A DNA stretch of 53,257 nucleotides from a virus (IMGVR_UViG_3300019887_000002:1-53257), one strand, 5' to 3'; counted from the stretch's first letter, positions 33,265-43,988 are shown. Translations and numbers: made by a program. Notes: a model not told the origin generated them from the letters alone.

Positions 33265-35276
33265 GGGATGTCTACCTCTTCTGCAGTGAGTTCGATGTGC
33301 CACCAAATTGGATTGAAACTCATCATCCAGTCGACTGCGATGTCGGGTTGAATACGAAGGTACCACTGGTCACCTGTTGGTGCTTGAAGTAGTACTGTTT
33401 GCTGGTTATTTCTGATCGCTACAAGTTGACCGTACACCGACTGTGACGTGATCTCTAGGATGACAGATAGTACTTGACCCAGGATCGTATCGTACACAGG
33501 TACCCTTCTAGTTCTACCTAACGGTGAGAACATGCCAAGCGACTCGTGACTAGTAATCGGTAGTGCAGGGCCGACCTTGCCTTGAGTCTGTGCCATAGCA
33601 TTAGGCAGAGACATGTTCAACGAAGGCTTTTGCGGTACCTTCAGTTGCCACTCGGAGATGGTTACTGTTGCTGTAACTGTCGAGGTGTACTGACTCCCGA
33701 CGTACACGCCAGCAGCTTGTGTTCCCAGGATCTTGGCTCGATAAGTCCTAACTATACCGCTCCTAGCTTCATAGTCGTATAGTGTCACCGACTGGTTCGA
33801 ACCGATTGCTGTACCGGTCAAACGATGGGAGATCCAGGTAGTTCCTCCGTCATCACTGTAGTCGATCACCCATACAGCTGCACCAGTACCATTCACCCAA
33901 GCCTGGGAGGCTCCAAGGATGATGCCCATCATATCAACGAAGTGCTTCTCGGACAAGGCACAACCTTGAGCCTCCATGATGATACGTGCATAAGCAGAAC
34001 TCGCTGGTGCTGTAGCATTGAAGGTGATAGGTGTCCACCCTGTAGTAACATCTGCAGTGGTTCCTGAAAAGGATGTGCTAAGAGATGTGCCACTAATGTC
34101 GAACCACTCTATACCTACTCGACACAACCGCCCTGTGGAGTTAGCTCGGAAGGACGCCATGACAGAGTATGTTGCTCCGACATTTACTGGTACTCCTCCT
34201 GTACCTCCCGTAGATCCATCTTGCATAGTACCAGCAGCAACTGCTGACATCTGTAGACAGCTAGCTCCGTGAGCTCCGAAAACCCCAGACTTCCCAGCAT
34301 TACAATTCAGGATTCCTACTTGGATACCAGCTCCATTGACCTCAACATCTGCTTGTTCGCGAGTCAGTAGGTTCAGTACAGTTCCAAGTGCTAACGCTAC
34401 ACGAGCATTAGGGTTGTCTGCAGTAGCTGTAAACGTTGGGACCGCTGGAGCATCTATGATGGAGGTAAAGACTGTGTTAGACTGCCAGGGACCCCATCTC
34501 AAGTTTGATCCCACGTCAGACAATTTGATGTATGCTGAGTAGTTGGTAGCTGGAGCCATATCGTAACCGACTTGAATGGAGTTACTCGGAGTCAGTAGTT
34601 GTCCAGAGTCCCATAGTTGAATGCCTCCTCCGAAGTCAGGGCTGCCTCCTACTGGAGGATTGGCGAAGTCGTACAGTTTCAACCAAGCAGCAGCCTGTTG
34701 GTCACCCTCGTCATCACTGAGAGTGTAGGAGATATTGACACGCGTACGATCAATTGGGTTGCCAGCTACAATAGCTGCAGCCTTAGGCGCGCGATTGTAC
34801 TCTACAACTAACCACACTTCGAAGATGTAGTAGCCTGCCGCGTTCGCTTGTGTAGCTAAATTAACGATAAGATTGTTGACTGATGCAGGTGTCCACGCTA
34901 CGTTGTTAGGGTCTAATAGCCAAGCTTGAGTATCACTGCTACCTGCAGCGATACCAATCCCGGGGACGACAACGCTACCGGACCACGATACGCCATTAGA
35001 TAAAGATGCAAGAAGGTTGAATGGGGAGCCTGAATAGCGTGCTCTCACTCTAACACGTACAGATCGAATTTGAATCTCCGATAACACTACACCACCAAAG
35101 GCCGAACTACTCATCTGTTCTTGTAGAACACAGTTAGGTGGCGAACTAGCTAGCGTTACATAGGTGGTGTCTACACCATCCGATAGCGCTTGCCAAGCTG
35201 TGCCTCCCGTACTAACAGTCCAGCCAGAGTTCTGTACATCTAAGATTGGTGTAAGTAGTGCTATCTGGTTAGCCAC
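33261..35276 (-). CDS. minor tail protein (distal-tail-like) with inserted carbohydrate-binding-like domain
   Basis: Follows TMP; beta-rich; GATYS..ASFR...IEWFD...APASSAYARI pattern. Confidence 0.75.
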   Translation of the reverse strand: MANQIALLTPILDVQNSGWTVSTGGTAWQALSDGVDTTYVTLASSPPNCVLQEQMSSSAFGGVVLSEIQIRSVRVRVRARYSGSPFNLLASLSNGVSWSGSVVVPGIGIAAGSSDTQAWLLDPNNVAWTPASVNNLIVNLATQANAAGYYIFEVWLVVEYNRAPKAAAIVAGNPIDRTRVNISYTLSDDEGDQQAAAWLKLYDFANPPVGGSPDFGGGIQLWDSGQLLTPSNSIQVGYDMAPATNYSAYIKLSDVGSNLRWGPWQSNTVFTSIIDAPAVPTFTATADNPNARVALALGTVLNLLTREQADVEVNGAGIQVGILNCNAGKSGVFGAHGASCLQMSAVAAGTMQDGSTGGTGGVPVNVGATYSVMASFRANSTGRLCRVGIEWFDISGTSLSTSFSGTTADVTTGWTPITFNATAPASSAYARIIMEAQGCALSEKHFVDMMGIILGASQAWVNGTGAAVWVIDYSDDGGTTWISHRLTGTAIGSNQSVTLYDYEARSGIVRTYRAKILGTQAAGVYVGSQYTSTVTATVTISEWQLKVPQKPSLNMSLPNAMAQTQGKVGPALPITSHESLGMFSPLGRTRRVPVYDTILGQVLSVILEITSQSVYGQLVAIRNNQQTVLLQAPTGDQWYLRIQPDIAVDWMMSFNPIWWHIELTAEEVDIP

Positions 35277-37699
35277 TAGCGGGAGTTCACCTCCTGTACC
35301 AATCGTGATATCGCCTGGTTAAGAAGTTGCTGGAGTCCTGGCAGAGCTTCCTGGGTGATACTTGCGTTGCTAAAGTCAATAGCTCCCGGAGCTACGTACA
35401 CTATTTTACTTCCTACTCCAAGTCCTCCTAGACCAGGAAGACCAGGCATAGCACTGTTCATTGCACCTTGCACCATTGAAGCAGAACCCGTGATTCCTTG
35501 AACCAAACCCTGCATGATATTCTTCCCATACTCAGCCATAAGCTTGGAAGGTGAACTAAGTCCAAATAAGCTACGAAGAGGTCCTGGGATGATATCTTTC
35601 AGGAAGCGTTCGAACTGGTGAGTAAACCAATCCTTGATCGACAGGAACCCTTGCCAAAGACCTCCAACAACATCTCTTCCGGCCTGCCAAAGTATGCCTG
35701 CCAAACCTGCGACAGCATTGACGAGTATTTCTCCGGCACCCTTAACAATGCCTTGTATAGCATCCCAGATACCGTGCCAGATGCCTTTCAGGTCTTCACC
35801 AAGTTTACTCCACTTGCCTGTGATCAAATCAAGAAACAAACTGATGATGGAAACGACAATTTCAATCGCACCCTTAACAACACCAAAGATGATGTCCCAT
35901 GCACCACGTAGGATACCGATCACATGGTTAAGACCGTGATCCCAGAGCCAGGCTATGATGTCGATTGCTGTTGTAATGATTGCTAGTATGACCTTGACAA
36001 CGAAGTCGACAATCATACTGATCTCTGACCACCAACGACGTGTGTGATCAGCAATGAACTTCCAGGTACTTTGTAGTTGATCGCCTACATGAGCAACAAA
36101 TGCTTGGAGTTTGTCCAAATCTTTCTGGAACACATCCCAGAGGTTCTCAGCAGCGTTAACAACCCAGTGAATGTCTGACTCCACTGTGTGCCAAGCACTG
36201 CTTCCTACAGTAACTAAGTGATCCCAGAGTCTAGTTATGTCGTCAACAGCCTGCTTCACATCTAAGCGCACGGCTGACCAGACTTCAGAGGACACCCGTT
36301 TGATATCATTCCAATTCTTGATGACACCAAACCCGATAAGAGGTAGCAGGATCAAAGCAGCCATTAGTCCTGCCACTACAGCTACTGCTGCTCCTATACC
36401 TCCGACAAGTGGTGCTAGCGCGGCAATCAGTATCAGCACACCTCCTGCTACAGCTATTACGATACCGCCGATTAGTAGGAAGACAGAGAGGAAAGCAGCA
36501 CCATAAATGATTGCATCACGGAGGTGTGGGTTGAGACCTTGGAACCACTGCAATACCTGAGCACCATATCCTATCAACTTGGCGACTACAGGAATGAACA
36601 AGTCACCTATCTCTGTTCGGAGAATCTCCCAGTTGTTCTTCAGGAGTTGCAATTGTGCTGCAGGTTGCTTCGCCATAATGTCATAGGCAGCAGCTTGAGC
36701 ACCCGCAGAGTTACGAACTGCATTTGTCATCTCACCGAACAAATTGGTATTGTCGTGCACAGCTAAGTTCAGGAACCTCATTGCCTGGATAGTACCTCCA
36801 GCACCATACGTGAGGTCCTTGAGTGCAGCTGAAATATCTACATCAGACATACCTTGGAAGTGCTTCCTGAGGTCAGCGACAACATCCACCATCGGACGGA
36901 ACTTGCCGGAAGCATCAGCAACAGCAATACCAATACCTTCTAGGTTAGTCTTCCAAACAGGATTGGAAAACAAGTCCATCGCACGTGCAGCTGACGTAGA
37001 TGCCATTGCGGCGCTCAAGCCATTCCTAGTTAGGAAGGCGAGCATGCCACCTAAGTCTTCTACAGTCTGACCAGCACGAACTGCAGACGGGATTGCTCTA
37101 CCAATAGTAGAAGCCAACTCCGCATAAGTTAAAACACCCTTCTTAACAGTTTCAAATTGCACATCCATTACACGGTTGACATCTTCTACAGGTATCTTAA
37201 ACGCGTTCATAATCGATATGGATGCACGAGCAGCTGCCTGAACATCTACCTGTCCTGCTACTGCACCTTTTGAAAACGCTGACAGCAATTTCTCAGCACC
37301 CTGTACGTTGACATCCATCGATGAGAAGATGTCATATAGAGACGTCTGCATCTGATCGAATGGTGCAGCAATACTAGAGGCTACTTCCCTACCGACTCGT
37401 TTGATGTCCTCTAGCTTCACACCCATCTGATCAACCTGCGTCAGAGTGAGCGCAGAAACATTACTGTACTCGATGGCAGCTTTTGTTGCTGAACCAAAGA
37501 AGACTACTCCAGCCCCACCGATGGCAGCCATACCAAGACCGACACCGACCATAGCAGAGCCAATATTCTTAAGTTGCCCTGCTGTCAGACTGCCTGTAGC
37601 TCCTAGACCAGCAACACTACCGGCAACCTGATCTAGGACCCGCGACGCTTGGTCACGAGCCCTAATGAGAAGGAGGACGTCACGAATACCTAATGGCAT
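35276..37699 (-). CDS. tape measure protein (TP901-like)
   Basis: IRARDQAS N-terminus, TP901 core, TM segment, Trp-periodic repeats, SPSK motif. Confidence 0.92.
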   Translation of the reverse strand: MPLGIRDVLLLIRARDQASRVLDQVAGSVAGLGATGSLTAGQLKNIGSAMVGVGLGMAAIGGAGVVFFGSATKAAIEYSNVSALTLTQVDQMGVKLEDIKRVGREVASSIAAPFDQMQTSLYDIFSSMDVNVQGAEKLLSAFSKGAVAGQVDVQAAARASISIMNAFKIPVEDVNRVMDVQFETVKKGVLTYAELASTIGRAIPSAVRAGQTVEDLGGMLAFLTRNGLSAAMASTSAARAMDLFSNPVWKTNLEGIGIAVADASGKFRPMVDVVADLRKHFQGMSDVDISAALKDLTYGAGGTIQAMRFLNLAVHDNTNLFGEMTNAVRNSAGAQAAAYDIMAKQPAAQLQLLKNNWEILRTEIGDLFIPVVAKLIGYGAQVLQWFQGLNPHLRDAIIYGAAFLSVFLLIGGIVIAVAGGVLILIAALAPLVGGIGAAVAVVAGLMAALILLPLIGFGVIKNWNDIKRVSSEVWSAVRLDVKQAVDDITRLWDHLVTVGSSAWHTVESDIHWVVNAAENLWDVFQKDLDKLQAFVAHVGDQLQSTWKFIADHTRRWWSEISMIVDFVVKVILAIITTAIDIIAWLWDHGLNHVIGILRGAWDIIFGVVKGAIEIVVSIISLFLDLITGKWSKLGEDLKGIWHGIWDAIQGIVKGAGEILVNAVAGLAGILWQAGRDVVGGLWQGFLSIKDWFTHQFERFLKDIIPGPLRSLFGLSSPSKLMAEYGKNIMQGLVQGITGSASMVQGAMNSAMPGLPGLGGLGVGSKIVYVAPGAIDFSNASITQEALPGLQQLLNQAISRLVQEVNSR

Positions 37700-37705
37700 A
37701 CTCTC

Positions 37706-38271
37706 CTACTGTCTAGGCATGTCTCGCTGACGCTTCTTCTCGAAGGCTTCCAGTACCATCAAGCCTCCAATTACATAAAAACTATCCTCCCTCAATACCA
37801 CCGAAGGAGGACAGTTCCAAATCTGCGATAGCTCTATTACGTGTATGAGTCGTTCGACGTCTGGTTCAGGCCTCCGACTCATGAGGATGGAGGCCTCTAT
37901 CCGTTTGGGAGTGTTTCATCCTGTACGAACTCATGGAGGCTGTCAATCAGCTCGGCAATCTCTTGTCCGATACGAGGGTCAAGCTTCGTGAACGAGAGTG
38001 GCTTATTGAAGTCGATTGGCTGATCATTCTCATCAGTCAAGTTGTGGTTGACAACACACAGCCCGAACTCATATAGGGTTGTCTTCTTGTTGGCCATCTG
38101 CAACTCGCCTAACAGTTCCTTCGCCTTCCCTCCAACCGTCATCTTGCCAGCCATGTCTACACGTTGTAGCCACTGGTCGTATGACATGCGACGAAGTTCC
38201 ACGAACCCGTCAGGAGGAGCTGTCTTGAGATCGCACCTCTTTACAGATGCATCGACTGTTGCTCTTGGCAT
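37706..38271 (-). CDS. tail assembly chaperone, -1 frameshift (G-T) product
   Basis: Slippery CCCAAAC at 37903-37909; -1 frame open to TAG at 37706. Confidence 0.85.
37897..38271 (-). CDS. tail assembly chaperone (G)
   Basis: Between major tail and TMP. Confidence 0.85.
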   Translation of the reverse strand: MPRATVDASVKRCDLKTAPPDGFVELRRMSYDQWLQRVDMAGKMTVGGKAKELLGELQMANKKTTLYEFGLCVVNHNLTDENDQPIDFNKPLSFTKLDPRIGQEIAELIDSLHEFVQDETLPNG

Positions 38272-39209
38272 TACACGCTCTCCAGTGTTGTAACGACAAT
38301 CTCGTAGGCCTTGCCAGTACCTGCGTCCAAGTTACCTTGCCGTGTCTGTGTTGCTCTGATGATGTCACCCTCTCCTGTCAAACCAGTAATCTGATACGTA
38401 GTCTTGACAGCTGCAGCACATGTGACCTGAACGATGTTGTTGGTATCAAGAGTTGCGATGACTCGTGTGCTCTCAACCGTACCTGCTTTGAAAGCATCCA
38501 ACTCAGCACGACTCTGCCAGTCACGCTCACACGTGAAAGTGACATCACGTTGCTTGAAGCCAACGAACCTAGGCTTACGATCGGTGTACTGACGGAACTC
38601 AGGCGCTGCGTTGTCCTTCACATCAAGGGAGAAGGTATCGACATCAGCAACTTGAGTTCCAGTGGGCAACTGGACGTTGTACGAACCTGAGCCCATCGGA
38701 GAAGTTGTTGGAAATACAGGCGACCCTGGAACTGACTGAGTCGCTTCATCCATACCGATGATGTCACACTGGAACATGCCAATACCATCAGTACCGACTG
38801 TGATCTTGAAGTTCGAAACGGTACATCCAACCCATCCCTGAGCGATACCGTCACGAACTGTCGTGATCGACAACGTCTTGTTGGGAGGAGTGAATGACGA
38901 AGAGGGCGTGTAAGTGTAGACCGCAGGAGGACCTACAACCTTGGCAACAGTGTTCCGACTAGCGTGTAGGAAGTACACCAAGGCTTCAGTAAGCAACTCC
39001 ATGTCGATCGGACCGCCAATGTGAGTGTTACCAACAACCGTTCCAATCGCGTCGACAGACTGACGAATCGTCCGTCGTTGTACCTGGGCCTCCATGAACT
39101 CCATCTTCTCAGATTTGATCGGGAAGAACTTAGTGGGTGCTACATAGGTACCCATCGTCACTTCAAAAGCGACACCCAAGAATCCTCCACCACCAATACC
39201 GACTGTCAT
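38271..39209 (-). CDS. major tail tube protein
   Basis: GFLGVAFE.T.GTYVAPT.F N-terminus; synteny. Confidence 0.85.
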   Translation of the reverse strand: MTVGIGGGGFLGVAFEVTMGTYVAPTKFFPIKSEKMEFMEAQVQRRTIRQSVDAIGTVVGNTHIGGPIDMELLTEALVYFLHASRNTVAKVVGPPAVYTYTPSSSFTPPNKTLSITTVRDGIAQGWVGCTVSNFKITVGTDGIGMFQCDIIGMDEATQSVPGSPVFPTTSPMGSGSYNVQLPTGTQVADVDTFSLDVKDNAAPEFRQYTDRKPRFVGFKQRDVTFTCERDWQSRAELDAFKAGTVESTRVIATLDTNNIVQVTCAAAVKTTYQITGLTGEGDIIRATQTRQGNLDAGTGKAYEIVVTTLESV

Positions 39210-39493
39210 TTCGTCTCACCTCCTGTGGTCACTTGAGGCTGAGGATCGACAGGAGTAGGAGTCGAGTCAGGCTTTCTGTCCCAAAAAGGATCGTCCGTAC
39301 CCTTAGTAGGACCTTCTGGAGGAGCCTCAAAGCCCAACTTACCATCTGGAGGGAGAGTAAAACCGTTCGCCTTCGCAGCCGCCACCTCCTCGTCGGTGAC
39401 ATCATATCCTTTCCCGTTCTCGAGATCACCGAAACCTGGAATGCTGATCATATGACCAGGAGGCAAGTTCGGGAAGTTGAGTTCTATATGCAC
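39206..39493 (-). CDS. hypothetical virion-associated protein
   Basis: AGGAGG RBS; synteny. Confidence 0.65.
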   Translation of the reverse strand: MHIELNFPNLPPGHMISIPGFGDLENGKGYDVTDEEVAAAKANGFTLPPDGKLGFEAPPEGPTKGTDDPFWDRKPDSTPTPVDPQPQVTTGGETK

Positions 39494-39966
39494 TACACAC
39501 CTCCTAGCATGAGTTTGTTCTTACCATCCCAAGTTAGTCGTGCAGCTCGAATCAGTGCAGCTGTTGCTCCTGTTGTCCTTCGTACAGTGTATCCGTACTC
39601 AATGGAAGAAACGAATCCATGTATGACAAGTCCTCCCAAGGTTCGATCAGTATGCAACTTGGATCTGACTGAGTAAGCAAGTTGGTCAGCCTCTTTGCGT
39701 GTAGTCTCGCCTGGCTGGACTTTAGAAGCATACACAATAAGTATGATACGGATGTCATTGTCAGTTCGATAAGGAGCACCACTGAGTATGCTAGTGATCC
39801 CACTCGACTCCACCGTGACTGTTGGGAAGCGTGGTATAAGCGCCTCGTCGCCGTACCAAACATCTTGTAGAGGAGTCGTAAGCAAACCCCCCAAACTCGG
39901 ATCAGCAGACAACATATCCACGATGTACTGCGTGAGAACGGATACATCGGCGATCGCATCAGCCAC
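39493..39966 (-). CDS. tail terminator-like protein
   Basis: Likely GTG start 39966; FPTVTVE, DRTLGG motifs; synteny. Confidence 0.7.
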   Translation of the reverse strand: MADAIADVSVLTQYIVDMLSADPSLGGLLTTPLQDVWYGDEALIPRFPTVTVESSGITSILSGAPYRTDNDIRIILIVYASKVQPGETTRKEADQLAYSVRSKLHTDRTLGGLVIHGFVSSIEYGYTVRRTTGATAALIRAARLTWDGKNKLMLGGV

Positions 39967-40450
39967 CAAGGTCCTCTGTCTCTGAGGAGACAAACCCCAA
40001 CTCGACCAACTTCTCTTCGAACCACAGGGCGAAGATGTCGTCGATTGCAACGAGGTCTTCCTCCTGTAGCTCCGCCCAAGGGCGTGCAGGCATCTTCCAA
40101 GTACCTGCCTGGTGAAAGGTTCCGTACCCAACATTCTCTGGAAGACCTTCGATGGCTGCTTGGTCTCCACCTATTGTCCAAGCGTCTAGTGACCCTGCGA
40201 ACCGTTGAAGCTCGCCTGTTTCTATGAGAATCTCACCACCAACCTTTTGTGCAGTAGTTCCCTCAGCTAGAGGTTCCCAGGCAGGACGCCCTCCCACATC
40301 AAAGTTCTGAGACAATGAAGGTGCCGCAACCTTTTCGACTGCTCGTGTGAGAGGTTCACGAAACGTTGTGATTTGAGTACTGAACCCTAAGATGGCACCA
40401 ACAATAACCTCAGCAGGAGGTGTGATCTCAACGTAGAGGTCTACGGACAC
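39959..40450 (-). CDS. virion morphogenesis/tail completion protein (Mu G-like)
   Basis: W.PL, IL.ETG.L, YGTFHQ.G...MPARP. Confidence 0.82.
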   Translation of the reverse strand: MSVDLYVEITPPAEVIVGAILGFSTQITTFREPLTRAVEKVAAPSLSQNFDVGGRPAWEPLAEGTTAQKVGGEILIETGELQRFAGSLDAWTIGGDQAAIEGLPENVGYGTFHQAGTWKMPARPWAELQEEDLVAIDDIFALWFEEKLVELGFVSSETEDLGG

Positions 40451-40920
40451 TAAAACCGCCTAGCCATGGTGAACTTGATGTCCTCATCTCCAGGCTCTCC
40501 AATAGGATTGCCTAGTTGATCAAACTGTTGAGTTAGTGCCGTTGAGTCGTTCGGCTCGAAGAGTGGAGCGTACAAAGGTTCGTCCAGAGGGTCGACACTT
40601 GGAATAGTCATAGTCCCTTCCATAAGGGACTGGACAATCTGCATGGCAGAGTCTTCCAGGCTTCTTGAGTATGCACTACCCTCTGGACTGACCTCTGAGT
40701 ACTGTCGTTCATAGGTCCAGCATGACACCAACATTGCTAGGACCTTACGGATCAACGGTGGGGTAGAAGTCGCATCCGTCCACCCCACCGTTGCATACCG
40801 TCTGTCTAATTGCCCGAACACCAGCTGAGCTGCCGTGTCCTCAAACTCGGCATCAATTTGAGTGATCTGAAGTTTAGCTTGCTCCAGCCACTGTTGAACT
40901 TCAGCCAGTGAAACGTGCAT
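40450..40920 (-). CDS. head-to-tail adaptor (Mu gp36-like)
   Basis: Synteny; RY...TPPLI pattern. Confidence 0.7.
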   Translation of the reverse strand: MHVSLAEVQQWLEQAKLQITQIDAEFEDTAAQLVFGQLDRRYATVGWTDATSTPPLIRKVLAMLVSCWTYERQYSEVSPEGSAYSRSLEDSAMQIVQSLMEGTMTIPSVDPLDEPLYAPLFEPNDSTALTQQFDQLGNPIGEPGDEDIKFTMARRF

Positions 40921-41285
40921 TACTTACCTTTCGGAGTTGGTGTGTCCTGAACGGATGCCGGAGGAGGGACAGGTTCAGCCGGTTGCTGTTGGGTAGCTGC
41001 GATGAGGATCTGATCCCTTCTGACAGTCAAGTCGTCGGGGTTACCAGTACCTACTGGCATGAGTGCGAGCTGAGTAGACAAGGCAGCAACCTGAGCTTCC
41101 ATCTCTGCCCGCGTCATCCCAGGAGGGACCGTGACAGCCCGAGTGACGTTAACTGCAGAACCTCCTTCGATCAGTTCCTTCATGATGGCATCAGGTATCC
41201 CGGAGAGCTCTTCTCCTGGTTGATACTCCGTAACCTTGCCGTCTGGATCTCCGTGGCGAACTCTGGTTATTGCGTATATTGGCAT
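40920..41285 (-). CDS. hypothetical protein after capsid gene
   Basis: GGAGGAGG RBS; VRHG...YQPGE pattern. Confidence 0.7.
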   Translation of the reverse strand: MPIYAITRVRHGDPDGKVTEYQPGEELSGIPDAIMKELIEGGSAVNVTRAVTVPPGMTRAEMEAQVAALSTQLALMPVGTGNPDDLTVRRDQILIAATQQQPAEPVPPPASVQDTPTPKGK

Positions 41286-41298
41286 CCAACCTCCTCCC

Positions 41299-42342
41299 TT
41301 AAGCTACGGCAGCCTTGATAACGTACGCTGCGATGGACTTGTTGTTTGCGTCGAGTGCGGTCAGCTTGAGGTCGTATCTTCGACTGACACGAACGATGTC
41401 ACTCTTTCGCTTCTCTTCCCTCCACCGCTCAGTTACCATCTCCTGGCCACCTGCATAGCCCCAGTTGAACTCGTACCCGTAAGCAGGGATCTTGAGTCCT
41501 GGCCGGTCTGGCACGTAGGCTAGAAGGACATCCTTCCCCCAGAGGTACCCAAGTGCCGCAGTCTGTCCCGGGTTAGCAGAGTTGAAACCGACGCCAGGAA
41601 CGACCACGCTTGGGATGCCAAGGATAGCTGCGATGAGTTCAGCGGTCAAGACGCCTCGTTGCGAGTACTTGATCCGCTCGATGAAGTCTGGGTGATCCTC
41701 CAGGATTGACATGACCTGGTAAGGAATGATCCCAGTATTGGGTTCGATGAACATTGACGCGTGAACGGTCCTCATTGCTGTGCGCACGTCGAGGATCGGG
41801 TTGGAGTTGACGTAGTCGCTCCACTGAGTGGTTCCAGAGAGAGTGACGACGTTCCCTGCAGGATAGTTACCTGTAGTCATCACCATCGATTGCATGGCGA
41901 TCTCACGAGCCAGCAGAATCTTGCTGGTCACCAACTCCGTTCCGTCACGGTCTGGTGAAAGTGGGGAGTCTGCGTTCTGTCGCTCTTCATCTGTGACTGG
42001 AATCTGCAACGAGTGCTCTGAGGCAAAGTACTGGTCCTTTGCAGCCTTGAGACCAGGAATCTCATTGGCCTCGGTTCCTGGAGCTCGAATGTCTCCACCA
42101 GGATCGACAGCCCACGCCTCACGTCCGAAGATGTAGTACATGTTCGACTGCTTCTGTACCGTAACCATCGGGAAGAGTCTCTCACCAACAAACTGGTTGT
42201 TAGGCCAGGCGATCGAGATGTTGGTGAGGATGACATCGATGTGTACGTTATCGCCGCCTCGTGGATCGTAGACAGCAAACTGCTGACCTACTTCCGGATC
42301 ATCCAGAAGATTGACGTCCGATCTACGGTTCCTTCTACGCAT
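41299..42342 (-). CDS. major capsid protein
   Basis: IDVILTNISIAW, RAPGT, QWSDY.NSNPI; strong codon bias; synteny. Confidence 0.9.
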   Translation of the reverse strand: MRRRNRRSDVNLLDDPEVGQQFAVYDPRGGDNVHIDVILTNISIAWPNNQFVGERLFPMVTVQKQSNMYYIFGREAWAVDPGGDIRAPGTEANEIPGLKAAKDQYFASEHSLQIPVTDEERQNADSPLSPDRDGTELVTSKILLAREIAMQSMVMTTGNYPAGNVVTLSGTTQWSDYVNSNPILDVRTAMRTVHASMFIEPNTGIIPYQVMSILEDHPDFIERIKYSQRGVLTAELIAAILGIPSVVVPGVGFNSANPGQTAALGYLWGKDVLLAYVPDRPGLKIPAYGYEFNWGYAGGQEMVTERWREEKRKSDIVRVSRRYDLKLTALDANNKSIAAYVIKAAVA

Positions 42343-42358
42343 GTGTCACCCCCTCCCC

Positions 42359-42763
42359 TTACGGTACGGTGTGCTTGGTGCCGATCATCAGCCAACAATC
42401 CACTTGATCGTTAGCAGCTGCCGACGCGTACATGAGTCGTCCTACGATGGTCTGGTTTGCTGTTGCTGCAGCAAGTGCAGTGACCCTACCGTCAGCTGCT
42501 GCTCGAACGTAGGTACCAAGAGCGTAAGCGGCATCGACAACCACCCTGCTGATACCCATCATTCGAACGTCGGCCTTCCGCTTGCCTGCAACAATTGCAG
42601 CGTCACCCGCAAGCAAGTTCTCCTGACAAATCCCAAGAGGATCTGCTCCAAGAGAACCAGCAACAGCAGCAGTCTCCTTACCTGTCTGCGTAACGACATA
42701 CCATGCAGGACAGGCAGCACTAAACCCGAACCCCTTGTCGAGTACGTAATTTGGTCCCGGCAA
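42359..42763 (-). CDS. capsid decoration/cement protein (DUF2190-like)
   Basis: Ala/Gly-rich, DGR motif, between protease and MCP. Confidence 0.75.
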   Translation of the reverse strand: MPGPNYVLDKGFGFSAACPAWYVVTQTGKETAAVAGSLGADPLGICQENLLAGDAAIVAGKRKADVRMMGISRVVVDAAYALGTYVRAAADGRVTALAAATANQTIVGRLMYASAAANDQVDCWLMIGTKHTVP

Positions 42764-42768
42764 TTAAC

Positions 42769-43929
42769 TCACCTCCCCCGCTGGTCGAGTGGAACGGAGA
42801 AGGACTCGCGACGGTACTCCTCAAACAGTTGGGGTTCATCTGCTGACACTTGCTCCAACGCGTCAGCATACCCCATCTTTTCATCCTTCATCTTCTTTAG
42901 GACCATATTGTTGAACCGTTCACCAGAAGTACCGCTCTTGTTACCGGGGTCATCCTCTTCTGGACGCTTCCCACCTCTCTCACCAAGCTGGATGAGGCCC
43001 GTCTTGCTGAGGTCCGTGAAAACCTCTAACATCTTCTCGGACAACTGCATTGCATCGGTTGGTGGTGACTGAGCCAACTTACGAACCTTGTCTTTGATGG
43101 CTGGAGGAATTGCATACTTACCACCCTGCTCCATCTCTGACAGCTTCAAGTTGAACTCGGACATTCGGCGCGAAGTCTCCAACTCAACGATCTTCTTGCC
43201 CTGCTCGGCCATCTGAGTCGTGGCAAGAGTCAGAGCGTCGGCCATCTGCTTCAACACCGGGTTCTTCTTGAGGTCCTCTTCCGTGAACGTGAGAGTTGGA
43301 GCTGGAGGATCCTTTACGGGAGGTTCCCCCATCTTCTTGAGGGCTTCTTCGACCTCTTCATCTGTTGCATCCTCCTTCAGCTTCACGAGCTGTCGGATTT
43401 TCTTTGGGTCCAAACTTGCACCTCCCTTCGGTGGTCCTTCACTGAACATCTCGGACAGATTGACGGGTACCAAGTCTTTGAGGAAGGGCCTGTTCGTAAG
43501 CCCTCCTCCAAAGAGTACATCCTGATATGTAGTTTTCGTCTGAGGGTTCTCCCATACGTCCTTGAACTCTGGTGAGAAGTACCGCCACTCTCCTGCTTGG
43601 ATAGCCGTCCGGGCAGCATCGGTCCAACTTACACCTAACCACAGGCCGTCTGATTGTAACTTTGCGTCACGAACCCACCCGGCAGCCTTCTCACCCAGAG
43701 AAGGATCCTGCTTGTGAGCATAGTCGATATCCGGGTCGATGCCTCTGACCTTCTGCTGAATGTTCGCAGCCATCCGGGCCAGTCGCTCTGTGGTGATATC
43801 GATCTCACCGTACGCTGGGTGGGTGAACTTGCCTGGACGGAAGGCGTGGACCCAAGAAAGACCGGCCGCATCAGCCAACATCTGAGAGCCAGCAATGTCT
43901 ACAAGAAAGCCGAGGTGTTGTTCCATCAT
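42769..43929 (-). CDS. capsid maturation protease/scaffold (Mu gpI-like)
   Basis: IDYAH, AAGW, WRYFSPEF, GLTNRPFL. Confidence 0.9.
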   Translation of the reverse strand: MMEQHLGFLVDIAGSQMLADAAGLSWVHAFRPGKFTHPAYGEIDITTERLARMAANIQQKVRGIDPDIDYAHKQDPSLGEKAAGWVRDAKLQSDGLWLGVSWTDAARTAIQAGEWRYFSPEFKDVWENPQTKTTYQDVLFGGGLTNRPFLKDLVPVNLSEMFSEGPPKGGASLDPKKIRQLVKLKEDATDEEVEEALKKMGEPPVKDPPAPTLTFTEEDLKKNPVLKQMADALTLATTQMAEQGKKIVELETSRRMSEFNLKLSEMEQGGKYAIPPAIKDKVRKLAQSPPTDAMQLSEKMLEVFTDLSKTGLIQLGERGGKRPEEDDPGNKSGTSGERFNNMVLKKMKDEKMGYADALEQVSADEPQLFEEYRRESFSVPLDQRGR

Positions 43930-43937
43930 TACTCCTG

Positions 43938-43967
43938 ATTATACAGGTGGTTCTCGAGTGAAAGCAA
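43938..43967 (-). promoter_or_regulatory. late promoter TTGCTT-N18-TATAAT
   Basis: Promoter family on the - strand, 8 nt before the protease ATG. Confidence 0.75.
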
Positions 43968-43988
43968 GCATCCTTTATATCCTAGTAA

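Noticed and set aside
42311-43072. 253-aa + strand ORF, and similar antisense ORFs such as 2971-3579 and 52096-52749
   Set aside because: Antisense to well-supported genes; Ser/Cys/Arg-rich non-protein-like composition
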